Part shown: positions 19,649 through 28,622 of the stretch, in pieces
Position numbering within the stretch: the first letter of the stretch is position 1
Layout of the letters: each line of letters begins with the position of its first letter
From: an uncultured Gammaproteobacteria bacterium
Lineage (GTDB): Bacteria > Patescibacteriota > Microgenomatia > Levybacterales > GWA1-39-11
Length of the DNA: 64,000 bases
Direction: 5' to 3'
Assembly (NCBI GenBank): GCA_964406795.1
Contig: CAYOTA010000004.1
Coordinates: forward strand, 46,877 to 110,876
The notes under the pieces: generated by a model
What the model saw: the letters and a program-made list of their open reading frames with translations, nothing else
Database searches by the model: none
Told to the model about the DNA's origin: nothing
Program-made: the position numbers and the translations under genes

Positions 19649-20050
19649 GCTTCAGGTCCTCCGCCGCTGACTTCGGTGTTCGGCAGATATTGGCGGTACC
19701 AATCCAACGTGTTCGGCGTCCACGGGCGGCGGCCTTTTTCTAAGTCCGAGACGTAGGGAGCGGAGCATCCCATCCGACGGGCCATCTCCCGGATCGACAG
19801 CCCTTGACGCTCTCTCTCCTCGCGCATACTGGCCCCAACGGCTTCATGGTCCCATTCGGATCGCTGGTTCCATGTATCGACTGCGTCCTCGCGGTCGAAA
19901 AATCCGTTCGTTTCGACTGGGCACACAGGGCATCTGGCGCGCCACACATTCGCGCATTCGTACACCTCCGCCAGACCCCCACAAAAAGGGCATGGGTACA
20001 GTTCCGAACCCGCCGCCTGAGCGGTCGGGGGTGTGGTCTGGGGTTCATTC
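19645..20050 (-). CDS. array member A (135 aa): leader MNEPQTTPPTAQAAGSE, zinc ribbon CPFCG...CPVC plus XRE-type HTH, tail LPNTEVSGGGPEA
   Basis: HTH segment GLSIREMARRMGCSAPYVSDLEKGRR. Confidence 0.55.
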
Positions 20051-20284
20051 ATAGTCTTCGCTCCAATCGAGGTCGTCTGCGCTGAAATCCGGATCGTGCC
20101 CCAACCTGTCACAGAGTCCTCCGGCCAGCACGCCAGCGCATGGACAGTCGTGGGGCGGACGGCAGGCGCAGTCCTTCGCGGATTCCTCAACGAATCGCAG
20201 GTACTCCACGGACTCGTACGGGTCCACACTGTCCGAACCCGGCACGTGAGCGGGCAGCGGTTCCGTTGGGGTGTCGGTCTTCAT
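20045..20284 (-). CDS. hypothetical Cys-rich protein (79 aa): leader MKTDTPTEPLPAHVPGSD
   Basis: Leader resembles member E; ATGA overlap. Confidence 0.5.
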   Translation of the reverse strand: MKTDTPTEPLPAHVPGSDSVDPYESVEYLRFVEESAKDCACRPPHDCPCAGVLAGGLCDRLGHDPDFSADDLDWSEDYE

Positions 20285-20556
20285 CTGGTGTCGCTGCCGC
20301 TCCGTTTGGTGTTCGGCGGCTGCGCGTCCGCAAGGGCGGTCAGCTCATTGGATAGAATTCGCACCTGGTCCTCCGTCACGCGCACGGAGTAAACCTCGTC
20401 GCACATCTCTCGGATCTCGATCTTCCCATCAGGCAGCCGACTGATCCGCATGATTCGAGAGCGATCCAGTCCCTCCAGAACCGATGCGAATTCTGTCAGC
20501 CCATCAAACGCCGACGAGTCGATTTCGAGCATCGTCGGCCAGAGTGCATTCGTCAT
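20281..20556 (-). CDS. hypothetical protein (91 aa), tail PPNTKRSGSDTR
   Basis: Carries the conserved C-terminal tail of the array. Confidence 0.5.
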   Translation of the reverse strand: MTNALWPTMLEIDSSAFDGLTEFASVLEGLDRSRIMRISRLPDGKIEIREMCDEVYSVRVTEDQVRILSNELTALADAQPPNTKRSGSDTR

Positions 20557-20665
20557 GGCATTCCATCAGCCCACAACAACACGGACAGTATAACTGATCC
20601 GTCAGCGATTTGATCATGCCTTCTCGGATCGTTTGAACTTCTTGTGCGCTCATGGCATTAACCGG

Positions 20666-21049
20666 TTATCTCGCAGGAACGTTCCACGATCCTTTGGCGC
20701 ACAACAACCCCTCGGACCGCGCCTGCTCCGGGTTTGCCGCAATCCAGTCGTGGCAGCTTCGGCAAACCGCGACCCAGAAGCGCGTGTCCATGAGCAGCGT
20801 CCCGACCCGTCCACGCGTGTGGTGAATGTCCGCCGTCAGCTTCGCGCATCCCGCCCGTTCGCAATGTCGATGCTCCCGCTTATACGCATCCGCCTTTACC
20901 CGGTATTCACGCATCCTCCGCGCCATTGATTTCGATCTGCGTGCGATCCTCTTCGGTTGAGCATTTGTCGACACAACGGCCCCCGAGACGGTCGTCCAGT
21001 TGGCCTTCGGACGTTTTGGCTTACGGTTTTTCATTGCCATAAAATCCAA
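20666..21049 (-). CDS. HNH endonuclease-like protein (127 aa)
   Basis: CERAGC...HH...CRSCHDWI motif arrangement. Confidence 0.55.
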   Translation of the reverse strand: MDFMAMKNRKPKRPKANWTTVSGAVVSTNAQPKRIARRSKSMARRMREYRVKADAYKREHRHCERAGCAKLTADIHHTRGRVGTLLMDTRFWVAVCRSCHDWIAANPEQARSEGLLCAKGSWNVPAR

Positions 21050-21233
21050 CTGCCTTCGATATCGCCTCGACTTGTTCAGGCTTTAGCTCCGCCTTCCGCT
21101 TGTCCATCATTGCAACGAAGTGCCTTCCTGTATCGCTATCAAAGATATAATATCCAGCCGGGGCATGGCGCCATATCTTAAGAAGCTCAAAGTATGACGC
21201 TTGATCGATCCATTCCTTATCTTTTGCCTTCAT
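21021..21233 (-). CDS. hypothetical protein (70 aa, MKAKDKEWIDQ), low-GC patch
   Basis: Internal start of track ORF 21021..21488. Confidence 0.4.
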   Translation of the reverse strand: MKAKDKEWIDQASYFELLKIWRHAPAGYYIFDSDTGRHFVAMMDKRKAELKPEQVEAISKAVGFYGNEKP

Positions 21234-21431
21234 TGCATTTCCTTTCTTCTGCGATTCTTGGCCATAACTCGACCGCCGAATAATGCCTTGCCGCGTGAAG
21301 GTGACGGCACTCCAACAACACCGATGGTCGAGCCCCGTTCTCCAGGTGCGGTCGAATCCGAATTTCAAACCACTCGCACCCGCACGCGCCATTACCGCCG
21401 TACTCCAACAAATCCACCCGATGCCGCATGT
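21217..21431 (-). CDS. hypothetical Cys-rich protein (~71 aa)
   Basis: Track ORF 21217..21537 trimmed to MRHRVDLLEYGG. Confidence 0.35.
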
Positions 21432-21484
21432 TGAGCCTCGACCTCGACTGCACCCAGTAACAGCCAAGCTCGCCATCCACCGGC

Positions 21485-22054
21485 TCAACGCGGGGCAACT
21501 GAACTGGCCGCTTTGTACCAGTCTTCGGCATGGGCATAGACTTTCATCCCGACGTTGGTCCCGATCACCGTGAACAGCCCGTTGACCGTTTTGTCATACA
21601 GCCCAAGCAACTGGCTTCCGCTCAAGTCTCCTTGAATCGTCGCATACATTTTGACCGAGTACGGATTCTTCACCTCGGTCCTCATCTGCGCCGGAAGTTC
21701 GAACACCGCCTCCGTCACGTCCTTCAACAGATTTTCAACCATGAACCGCGGCCAATCATGACGGGCAACAAACGGCAGAAACGGCGGCTCAGGATTGCTG
21801 TTCGGGATCAGGTAGCACAGCCCGACCTTTACGCCGCACCCGTGAGCAAGCATCCGAAACAGCGCCTCCAACTGGCGCAAGGTCTCCCGCTGACGCCCGA
21901 CAAGGCGCTTAGTGTCCGCCGGGTTCGCCGTGATTGTGACCTCGCACGTCCCAGCCGTCTGCTCAACCGCGAAGTCGAGTTCATCCGGTCGCTTGGCCAT
22001 CAAGGTCACCACGCGCCCCAACAGCTCCAGCGCCTTGTCGAGCCGGTCGTTCAT
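21485..22054 (-). CDS. hypothetical protein (189 aa)
   Basis: ATGA overlap with upstream gene. Confidence 0.55.
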   Translation of the reverse strand: MNDRLDKALELLGRVVTLMAKRPDELDFAVEQTAGTCEVTITANPADTKRLVGRQRETLRQLEALFRMLAHGCGVKVGLCYLIPNSNPEPPFLPFVARHDWPRFMVENLLKDVTEAVFELPAQMRTEVKNPYSVKMYATIQGDLSGSQLLGLYDKTVNGLFTVIGTNVGMKVYAHAEDWYKAASSVAPR

Positions 22055-22416
22055 TCGGGTGCCTCCTCACCGGGCACCACCGTTGACGTGATCGACTTAC
22101 GCGGACGCCCGCGTCCCCTCGTTTCCTCCGGTTCAAACAACGTCGGTTGCGCCGGGTCTTCGAGGCTGTCAATCACCTCGTCGGTGACGGTTTCGCAGTA
22201 CCGAATGCGGGTCCTGACCTTCGGCGCCGAGTCCGAGCAATCGATCAGGATCGAGAACGTGACGCTCACCTTTTTCTCGTCCGAATCCGATTGCACCTTG
22301 TCGATTGCCGTCGCGTGCCGGCGATACAGCGTGTCCACGTTGGCCGTGATCGACTTCAAAACACCCGACTGAATCTCACCAAGCTCGCGCTCGGTCGTGA
22401 TCTTCTTTCGTGCCAT
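22051..22416 (-). CDS. hypothetical protein (121 aa, MARKKITTERELGEIQ)
   Basis: Internal Met with a 74-nt gap to the DnaC-like gene. Confidence 0.45.
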   Translation of the reverse strand: MARKKITTERELGEIQSGVLKSITANVDTLYRRHATAIDKVQSDSDEKKVSVTFSILIDCSDSAPKVRTRIRYCETVTDEVIDSLEDPAQPTLFEPEETRGRGRPRKSITSTVVPGEEAPE

Positions 22417-22490
22417 ACAGTTCCTTTCAGTATTGGTTTTCCTACCGACATCGCGACGATCCCATATCGTTAGCCGAATTGCTAGCGCAT

Positions 22491-23318
22491 TTATCGTCCG
22501 AGATAGTTGCCACGATTGCCCGCACGCTGAGACCCGCCCTTGATGGTATTCCACGCGAACGTCGCCTCCCGGAGCCGACTGGCCATGCGCGGTCCGAACA
22601 CGTCCCGGAACTCCGAAGGCGGGATGTTCATCGTCATCACCGTTCGCCGCTTCGCTCCGTACCGGTCGGCCAGAACCTCATGCAACGTCGGCAACTCGTC
22701 CCGGCCACCGACCGAAATCCCGATGTCGTCCAAGATCAGCAACGGCGTTGCCTTTGCTTGTTCCACCACGTCCGGCGCGTGCCGATCATCGTAGCGCCGC
22801 CGAATCCCACGCAAGAACTCCGCCTGGGTCCACATCCGCCCGCCCGATCCGGCGTCAATCCGGTGCCGTAGAATCGCCACCGCCAGGTGGGTCTTGCCGT
22901 TCCCGTACTCCGGACTTTCGAGCATCAGGAACCCGACAGCATTCGAACTCTGTGCGAACTCGCGGGCCTTCGCCAGCACCCGCTGATCGTCCGGATGTTC
23001 GACCCGCCAGTTGTCGAACGAGGCCGCCACGAGGTTCAGCGGCACCCCGACCGCCGTCAGCCGCTCTCGCATCCAGCATTCCCGGCAATCCTCCCATGCC
23101 AGCGCAAACGCCGTCTCCATCGTTCGGGCGGTCTCGGTGCGGTCCAAGCGTTGCACCCCGACTCCGCACGCCCCGCAAGTCCGCTCCCACTTGGCTTCAT
23201 CAGCCCCAAGCAACTCCGCGATCCGTGGTCGAACCGCCTCGCGCCGCGCTACCGCCTTGGCCAACAGTTCGTCCATCCGGTTCTGGATGTCGACTGGCTT
23301 GTCCGTCGTAACCGTCAT
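22491..23318 (-). CDS. DnaC/IstB-like AAA+ helicase-loader ATPase
   Basis: Walker A GNGKTHLAVAI and Walker B LLILDDIG. Confidence 0.8.
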   Translation of the reverse strand: MTVTTDKPVDIQNRMDELLAKAVARREAVRPRIAELLGADEAKWERTCGACGVGVQRLDRTETARTMETAFALAWEDCRECWMRERLTAVGVPLNLVAASFDNWRVEHPDDQRVLAKAREFAQSSNAVGFLMLESPEYGNGKTHLAVAILRHRIDAGSGGRMWTQAEFLRGIRRRYDDRHAPDVVEQAKATPLLILDDIGISVGGRDELPTLHEVLADRYGAKRRTVMTMNIPPSEFRDVFGPRMASRLREATFAWNTIKGGSQRAGNRGNYLGR

Positions 23319-24219
23319 CGGTCCCCCCTCATCGGTGTCGTCAAGTTCCGCAGTTCATCCGCCCACTCGTCCGCCGTCTGCCCGTTGTCGGAGCTTCGAT
23401 TGCCATTCGCGCCCTGGGCAATCTCAGCCCCCACCTCATTCCAGAACCGGGCCAGCATCGGGAGGGTCGTGGTCTTGCTCGCCCGCCAGCCCTTGCACCG
23501 GGTCGCCGCCTCGAACACCCGCCCCACCTCCTCGGCGGTCACGCCCGCCGCAACCAAACCCGCTGCCGCCGCCCCATCCTGCCTCGCGTCCGGCACGTAC
23601 ACCCGCCCGAACCGCTGGCCATAGATGCCAGCGAACACCCGGACCACCTCCTTCGCCTCGGGGCTTGGCGGAACCGCGAGCTTGCGACGACGGGAAGGGG
23701 CGTCCCCTGCCAAGGGGACTGTAGGGGTTCCCCTCTTTGGTTCTACTGACGGTTCTACTGACGGATCAAGGGGGGGTGTTTTCTGCCCCCCTAGGGGTAT
23801 GTTTCTTGCCCCCCCCCGGGGGGTGTTTTCTGACCCCCGGGGGATATGATTTTCGACCCCCCCATTTTCAGTTGCTTCAACGGCTTCTTCGGAGGTCTCT
23901 GCCGCTGCTTCTCGTGCCAGTTCAGTCCTCGACTTTCTCGTCTCGCGGTCCAGCCTCTGAACGTCCCAAACTAGGATGCTCGATGTCTGGGAACCGTTCG
24001 GGCGAAATCTCGGTGTCCTCGTAAACCACTTCTCCGATTCCAGCTCGGCCACCATCGCCTTGGCCGTGCCTTCCGAAATCCCGCACCGCACCGCAATTCG
24101 CGTGATCGATGGCCAGCACACCCCTCGTTCATCCGCCAAGTCCGCAAGGTAAAGCGCAACGAGCTTCTTCGATGCTGGGGTGAATGGTAGGACCCAAATA
24201 GGTGCCGATATGTGAACGC
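23315..24219 (-). CDS. replication initiator-like HTH protein (GTG start)
   Basis: Winged-helix segment KKLVALYLADLADERGVCWPSITRIAVRCGISEGTAKAMV; central peptide repeats [IT]P[RL]GG are encoded by the iteron-like DNA repeats; GTGA overlap with the 79-aa gene. Confidence 0.5.
23770..23863. repeat. four abutting iteron-like units G(5-7)-T-rich core (TGTTTTCTG-like)-C(5-9), 21-25 bp each
   Basis: gggggggtgttttctgcccccc / ggggtatgtttcttgccccccccc / ggggggtgttttctgaccccc / gggggatatgattttcgaccccccc. Confidence 0.6.
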
Positions 24220-24459
24220 TCACGCCGCTCCTCCGATCCTCAGGTTTCTCCCCTGCTCGAACCGCTCGTCGCAGTACCAGCCGCCCGCACCATCGATCAG
24301 GATCGGGAACCAGCGAATGCCCATCTCGTCCCGGACGAATACATGGCCATGCGCGTTGGCCCGAAGCCTGATCCTCGCCCGCCCAGGCGGCAGTCCACGA
24401 ATCGGTTGAACCGGCTGAACCCCAACCACGCACGGCTGCCCATACATCACCGTCGCCAT
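24220..24459 (-). CDS. hypothetical protein (79 aa)
   Basis: Good RBS GGGAGGTAAGCG before ATG; first gene after a 214-nt intergenic gap. Confidence 0.5.
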   Translation of the reverse strand: MATVMYGQPCVVGVQPVQPIRGLPPGRARIRLRANAHGHVFVRDEMGIRWFPILIDGAGGWYCDERFEQGRNLRIGGAA

Positions 24460-24659
24460 CGCTTACCTCCCAACGAAAAACGGACCATCGAAAGGGAGGC
24501 GGGTGGTGGTAGAACCCCGCAGACGAAGGCTCCCAGCCGAAGCCGGTCACCGCGCCGCCCTTCCAATGGTCCAGTCGTTTTCAACATCTGCTCTTTCCGT
24601 CACCGGCTCGGGTACCACGCCTTGCCGATGCCCCACATTTAGGTCGCCGCAGGTCCGTT

Positions 24660-24935
24660 GTCTAGCCTGTTCGCTACCCCGACCCCGACCGCGACCACGA
24701 CCACGACCCCGACCGCGACCACGACCGCGACCCCGACCGCGACCACGACCGCGACCCCGACCGCGACCCCGACCGCGACCCCGACCCCGACCGCGACCAC
24801 GACCACGACCACGACCCCGACCACGACCCCGACCCCGACCCCGACCGCGACCGCGACCCCGACCACGACCCCGACCGCGACCGCGACCCCGACCACGACC
24901 ACGACCACGACCCCGACCACGACAAGTCGATTCCC
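24660..24935. repeat. hexanucleotide microsatellite (CGACCN), about 45 units
   Basis: cgaccc / cgaccg / cgacca units repeated without interruption. Confidence 0.9.
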
Positions 24936-24958
24936 GTCCTTGCGACCGCCGCGTTCAT
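24674..24958 (-). CDS. low-complexity [S][W/G/R] dipeptide-repeat protein (94 aa)
   Basis: Minus-strand frame of the microsatellite; its ATG forms an ATGA overlap with the upstream stop. The plus-strand PRPRPR frame is rejected. Confidence 0.45.
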   Translation of the reverse strand: MNAAVARTGIDLSWSGSWSWSWSGSRSRSGSWSGSRSRSGSGSGSWSGSWSWSWSRSGSGSRSGSRSGSRSWSRSGSRSWSRSGSWSWSRSGSG

Positions 24959-25284
24959 TTCTGGCTCCGGTTGAATTTCTTGATCCGTGCCGCCTCGATG
25001 ATCGCGCCACGCCCGACCAGCACGCGTCCGTCCGGGTATGGCTCGACCTCATTGAACAACGACGGGTCTTTCAGCGAGTCGCTGAAGCGTCCGGTGTCGG
25101 CAATCCACGCCGCATCCTCCAGCACGATCTCATGCGGTGTAACCGCCACCACGCGCCCGGTGTCGATCATCGTGACCGTCCGAATCAGGTAATGCTCGCC
25201 GATCTCCCACGGGCAGTCCGCCGTATTGGTTTCGGTCGGGCGCACCGACATCAGTTCTTTCAAGTCTGCGAGTGTGATTTCCAT
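24955..25284 (-). CDS. hypothetical protein (~109 aa, MEITLADLKEL)
   Basis: Internal Met of track ORF 24955..25344. Confidence 0.4.
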   Translation of the reverse strand: MEITLADLKELMSVRPTETNTADCPWEIGEHYLIRTVTMIDTGRVVAVTPHEIVLEDAAWIADTGRFSDSLKDPSLFNEVEPYPDGRVLVGRGAIIEAARIKKFNRSQK

Positions 25285-25354
25285 TTGCTTTCCGTTCTCC
25301 GGTGTTGTCCCGGGGGCCGGACTACCGAGTCCCGCACCCGTCACATGCGCCGGT

Positions 25355-25561
25355 TCATTCCAATTCCCACTGCGATTCGAGCTTGCCTGTTATCATCGCC
25401 TTTGCGCCACAGCATGTCGCAAATTTCTCCGCCCACACGATGCCATCCTGGTTCGTCACGCTCCACCATCCATCTGGCAAACGTGTCAGCAAGTAGCTTC
25501 GACCGCCGTGCTTGAACGTGGTTCGATACGCCCGATTTTTCACAGAACGATCATCGTGCAT
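25355..25561 (-). CDS. hypothetical protein (68 aa)
   Basis: ORF immediately downstream of the SbcC-like gene. Confidence 0.4.
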   Translation of the reverse strand: MHDDRSVKNRAYRTTFKHGGRSYLLTRLPDGWWSVTNQDGIVWAEKFATCCGAKAMITGKLESQWELE

Positions 25562-27433
25562 CGGTTGCCATACACGTCCAGTACATCACGTCCGTCGATC
25601 ATCCGGACCGTCCCGGGCACCGTCGCGTCGATCATGATCGCTTGATCGATCTTCCCATCCCGAATCAGTTCCTCCATCCGGATCGCCACATCCTGACGGC
25701 GGGAAAGCGACAGCCGTCCCATCTCGTCCAGCACGACCAACCGGAAGTTGGCGGTCCGCGCCAGAGCCACGCTGAACCCCGCGTAGGCCAGCAGTTGCTC
25801 GGTCCCGCTGAAACTCGTGTGCGGCACCCATCCTCCGTCCTCGGTCCTCCCAAGCTCACCGTCCCGGAACTCGAGCTTCGACCGAAGCAGCCCTGAAGTG
25901 AAGTCGTCCGAAAGCTTCAGCACCTCCGCAAACGCCCTTTCCGACACGTCCTTGACCACCTGATTGATGGCCTTCACCGCCTCGGCATAACAGGTGGCCG
26001 TGCACTCCTCGCGCAACACCTCAGATTCCTTCGCCTCACGTGCCTCCAGCAGGCGGTCGTAGTTGTCGGACTCGGTCTTCGCCTGCTCAGCCTGCGTCAC
26101 CGCCAGCGTGGCCTCGGGCAATGCCTCCACCTCCTTCGTCAGCTCGGCGATGCGCCCCGACTGATCGGTCTCGGCCTCCGCCAGTTGCGTACGGTAGCCC
26201 ATAAGTCGCTTCGTCTGTGCCTCCAGTTCGTTCGACCACTTCGCTCGCTGCGCCTGCGCCTGATTCCATGCCTCCAACTCCTGCTCGTACTGACCGGCAA
26301 TCGAAGCGATGTCCTCAAATTCATCATTCAACGCCTGCAACTGATCGTCGGTCCGTGCCAACCCAGATTCCAACTCAACCACGCTCGCCCGCTCGCGCTC
26401 GATCAGCTTCGAGTTGTCCGCGTGTTGTCCACAGGTCGGACAGATTGTGACGCCCGCCAGCCGTTCGATTATGGACCTGGCCATGGCCACTCGCTCGGCA
26501 ATGTTTTCGTGCGCCTCCCTGATCTCTTCGATCTCCGATATCGCCGCATCGTAGTCGGTCAGGATCTTCGGCTTGATCGGCTCTTCGCCAGGGTCCTTCG
26601 CGCCCTCCAAGGATTTGCTCGCGATCGCCACCACCGCCTCAGCCATCGAAATCTTCACCTTTAACGACGCGACCAACGCATTGCCGTCCAGAATGGTCCT
26701 CAGCTCGCCCCGCTTTGCCACCAGCGCGTCACGCTTGGCCTTCAGCTCCTCCATGTTCTCCGGTCGCTTAGGAAGCGAGAGCGGCAACGTCATGCCGGCG
26801 AACGCGCCAGCCGCCACCTTGTGCCTGACCTTCGCGTCCTTCGCCTCGGACGACCACGATGTCACCAGTTTCTCCACCGCCGCCTGGGCGGTCGTGCCAG
26901 CCTCGGCGAAGCCATCCGTGACCTCCGCCCCGAGCTTGCGCAATACCGCGTCCCGGACCTTCGCCGGACTCGCCTTGATCTTGCCAAGCTCAGCCTCAAT
27001 CGTCGCCGGCTCGATCTTGACGTTGCCCGCCGCGGCGAAGATCGCATCGATCCGTTCGGCTCCAGTCATCGCGAAGAACTGCCGGACATCCACCAACATC
27101 GGGTTGAGCATCAGATCGAACGGCACCGCGCTTTCGGTGCTTACCTTTCCCTTTGCGTTGCGCGTGAACCGAAGTCCGGACGTGCGCCCGGTGTCGAACG
27201 TCGCCTCGACCTCCATCAGGCCCGGGTCGTCCGGATGTCCGGCCAACGCGCCGTAAAGCGCACCCGGGAGCTTGCCAATCGCCGGCAGATAGCCCGTGAG
27301 CGCCAGCCGGAGCGCGTCGGGAATCGTACTCTTGCCGGTGAAGTTGTCGCCGCAGACCAACGTCAGCGATCCAAGCTCATGCTCGAACATCTGACCCTTG
27401 AAGTTGTTCCCTACGAGTTTCGTGACGTGCATG
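25540..27433 (-). CDS. SbcC/Rad50-like SMC-family ATPase
   Basis: Walker A GDNFTGKST, central coiled coil with zinc hook CPTC, D-loop/Walker B VVLDEMG. Confidence 0.7.
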
Positions 27434-27472
27434 TCGTTTTCTTTCCTTTTGGTTTCAAACTGACCGCCAATC

Positions 27473-28261
27473 TCAGAATCCACTCGGATGGTCGAAGTCA
27501 GGGACGGTGATCATCAGCGCATTCATGTTGCACTGGATGAACAGGCTGGTGGCCAACGCCTGAACGCTGGTGTCTCCAAGCTGGATTCCATTCGCCGCCG
27601 CCTCCGCATGAATCACCGCCGCGGTCTTCACGCACTCCCCATACATCCGCCGCATCTTGGTCAGCGCCGTGTCCACCTTCTCCCACGACTGACCAACCTT
27701 CGCCGGGGACGCCGCTGGTGCCCGTGACGCCACAGTCACCGTTCGCTCCGGAGGTGTGGGCGTCGCCGCCTCGAACGGAATCTCGTCCGGCTCGGGCGCG
27801 TAGTCGTGTCTGGCCCTGGGCGCCGCCTGCCGAGTCGGAATGACGCTCGCCGGTAATGCCGGTTGAACCGCCTGAGGCGCCGCGGGCCTCGAGTGCTGGC
27901 CCGTCCGCGTCGGGTCGTTGAACTCAACCGAGCAATTGTCCCCCGCCTGAATCTGCAAGGTCGTCACCCCCTCATGAGTGTTCAACATCGTCTTCAGTCC
28001 GACGGTCTTCCCCATCTTGCCCGCCCCGGCGATCACGTACAGCCGGTGGCCCTTCGCGTCAGGCTTGATCGCGTCCCACTTGAAAAGGACCTTGATCTTC
28101 GCCCCGTCGTCGTCGCCCAGAACCACGTTCTGAAGCGTCCACGGCCCGTAGTTTCCTTGGCCGCTTTTCGCCGGCCACACTTCAAGGACCGTCCCAGCAA
28201 TGCACTCCAACGCCGTGTTGGTCTCCATCGCCAACGCCTGTCCGACCGTAGTTACGTTCAT
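27473..28261 (-). CDS. hypothetical protein (262 aa), possible OB-fold N-terminal domain
   Basis: First gene after an AT-rich gap; RBS AGGAAAAAA before ATG. Confidence 0.45.
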   Translation of the reverse strand: MNVTTVGQALAMETNTALECIAGTVLEVWPAKSGQGNYGPWTLQNVVLGDDDGAKIKVLFKWDAIKPDAKGHRLYVIAGAGKMGKTVGLKTMLNTHEGVTTLQIQAGDNCSVEFNDPTRTGQHSRPAAPQAVQPALPASVIPTRQAAPRARHDYAPEPDEIPFEAATPTPPERTVTVASRAPAASPAKVGQSWEKVDTALTKMRRMYGECVKTAAVIHAEAAANGIQLGDTSVQALATSLFIQCNMNALMITVPDFDHPSGF

Positions 28262-28331
28262 AGTTTTTTCCTATCGTTTGTCGTTCGTTGTTCGCACGAC
28301 GGTTTATCTATTCAGTTTGCATTCCGAAAGT
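28262..28331 (-). promoter_or_regulatory. AT-rich intergenic region, candidate promoter
   Basis: Local GC drop in a 70-nt gap. Confidence 0.3.
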
Positions 28332-28622
28332 CTAGCTTTTATTACGCCTCGCGTATTTCGCCATTGCCATCACCGACTCAAGTCTTCCGTATGCTCTGGC
28401 GATCATTTGTTCGGCATCACTCGCTTCCGGCCAAATCTTTGTCGCGCACTTCACGACCGTCGTTGCGGCCCGCAAGCCGTCGCGGATGACCAGAAGATCG
28501 GCACGGGTTACGTCGTACAGCTTGGCCTTCGTCAGCTTCCGTTTTAGCCTCGTCCCGCACACCGGACATAGGCCGTCATGTCCAGATCCAAGATCAAACC
28601 CATGGCCGTTTTGGCAGATCAC
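28332..28622 (-). CDS. zinc-ribbon protein (96 aa, C..H...CPVC)
   Basis: GTG start in GTGA overlap. Confidence 0.45.
   Translation of the reverse strand: MICQNGHGFDLGSGHDGLCPVCGTRLKRKLTKAKLYDVTRADLLVIRDGLRAATTVVKCATKIWPEASDAEQMIARAYGRLESVMAMAKYARRNKS

Larger units (their letters stand above)
18041..20320 (-). repeat. recurrent ~90-bp gene-junction repeat (approx 18041-18130, 18641-18740, 19101-19220, 19581-19690, 20221-20320)
   Basis: Conserved block ...GCCGCTC.G.TT(C/T)GGTGTTCGG (encodes PNT(E/K)xSG) next to ...TCCGAACC(C/A)GCCGCCTGAGCGG...CAT (encodes M-S-T-P...AQAAGSE). Confidence 0.7.

Noticed and set aside
20560-20655. ~50-aa Cys-rich ORF (MSAQEVQTIREGMIKSLTDQLYCPCCCGLMECHDEC) between the HNH gene and gene 20281..20556
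   Set aside because: It overlaps the next gene's start out of frame and is below the size threshold. Left as a possibility only.
23315-24550. 411-aa version of the initiator ORF
   Set aside because: The N-terminal extension overlaps the 79-aa gene and the intergenic gap. A GTG start at ~24219 in GTGA overlap was preferred.
24660-24935. CRISPR array
   Set aside because: Perfect 6-bp tandem units with no spacers. This is a microsatellite, not repeat-spacer architecture.
24503-25192. Plus-strand PRPRPR... ORF over the microsatellite
   Set aside because: Wrong strand relative to all neighbours and no coupling signals. The minus-strand SW/SG/SR frame has an ATGA-coupled start.
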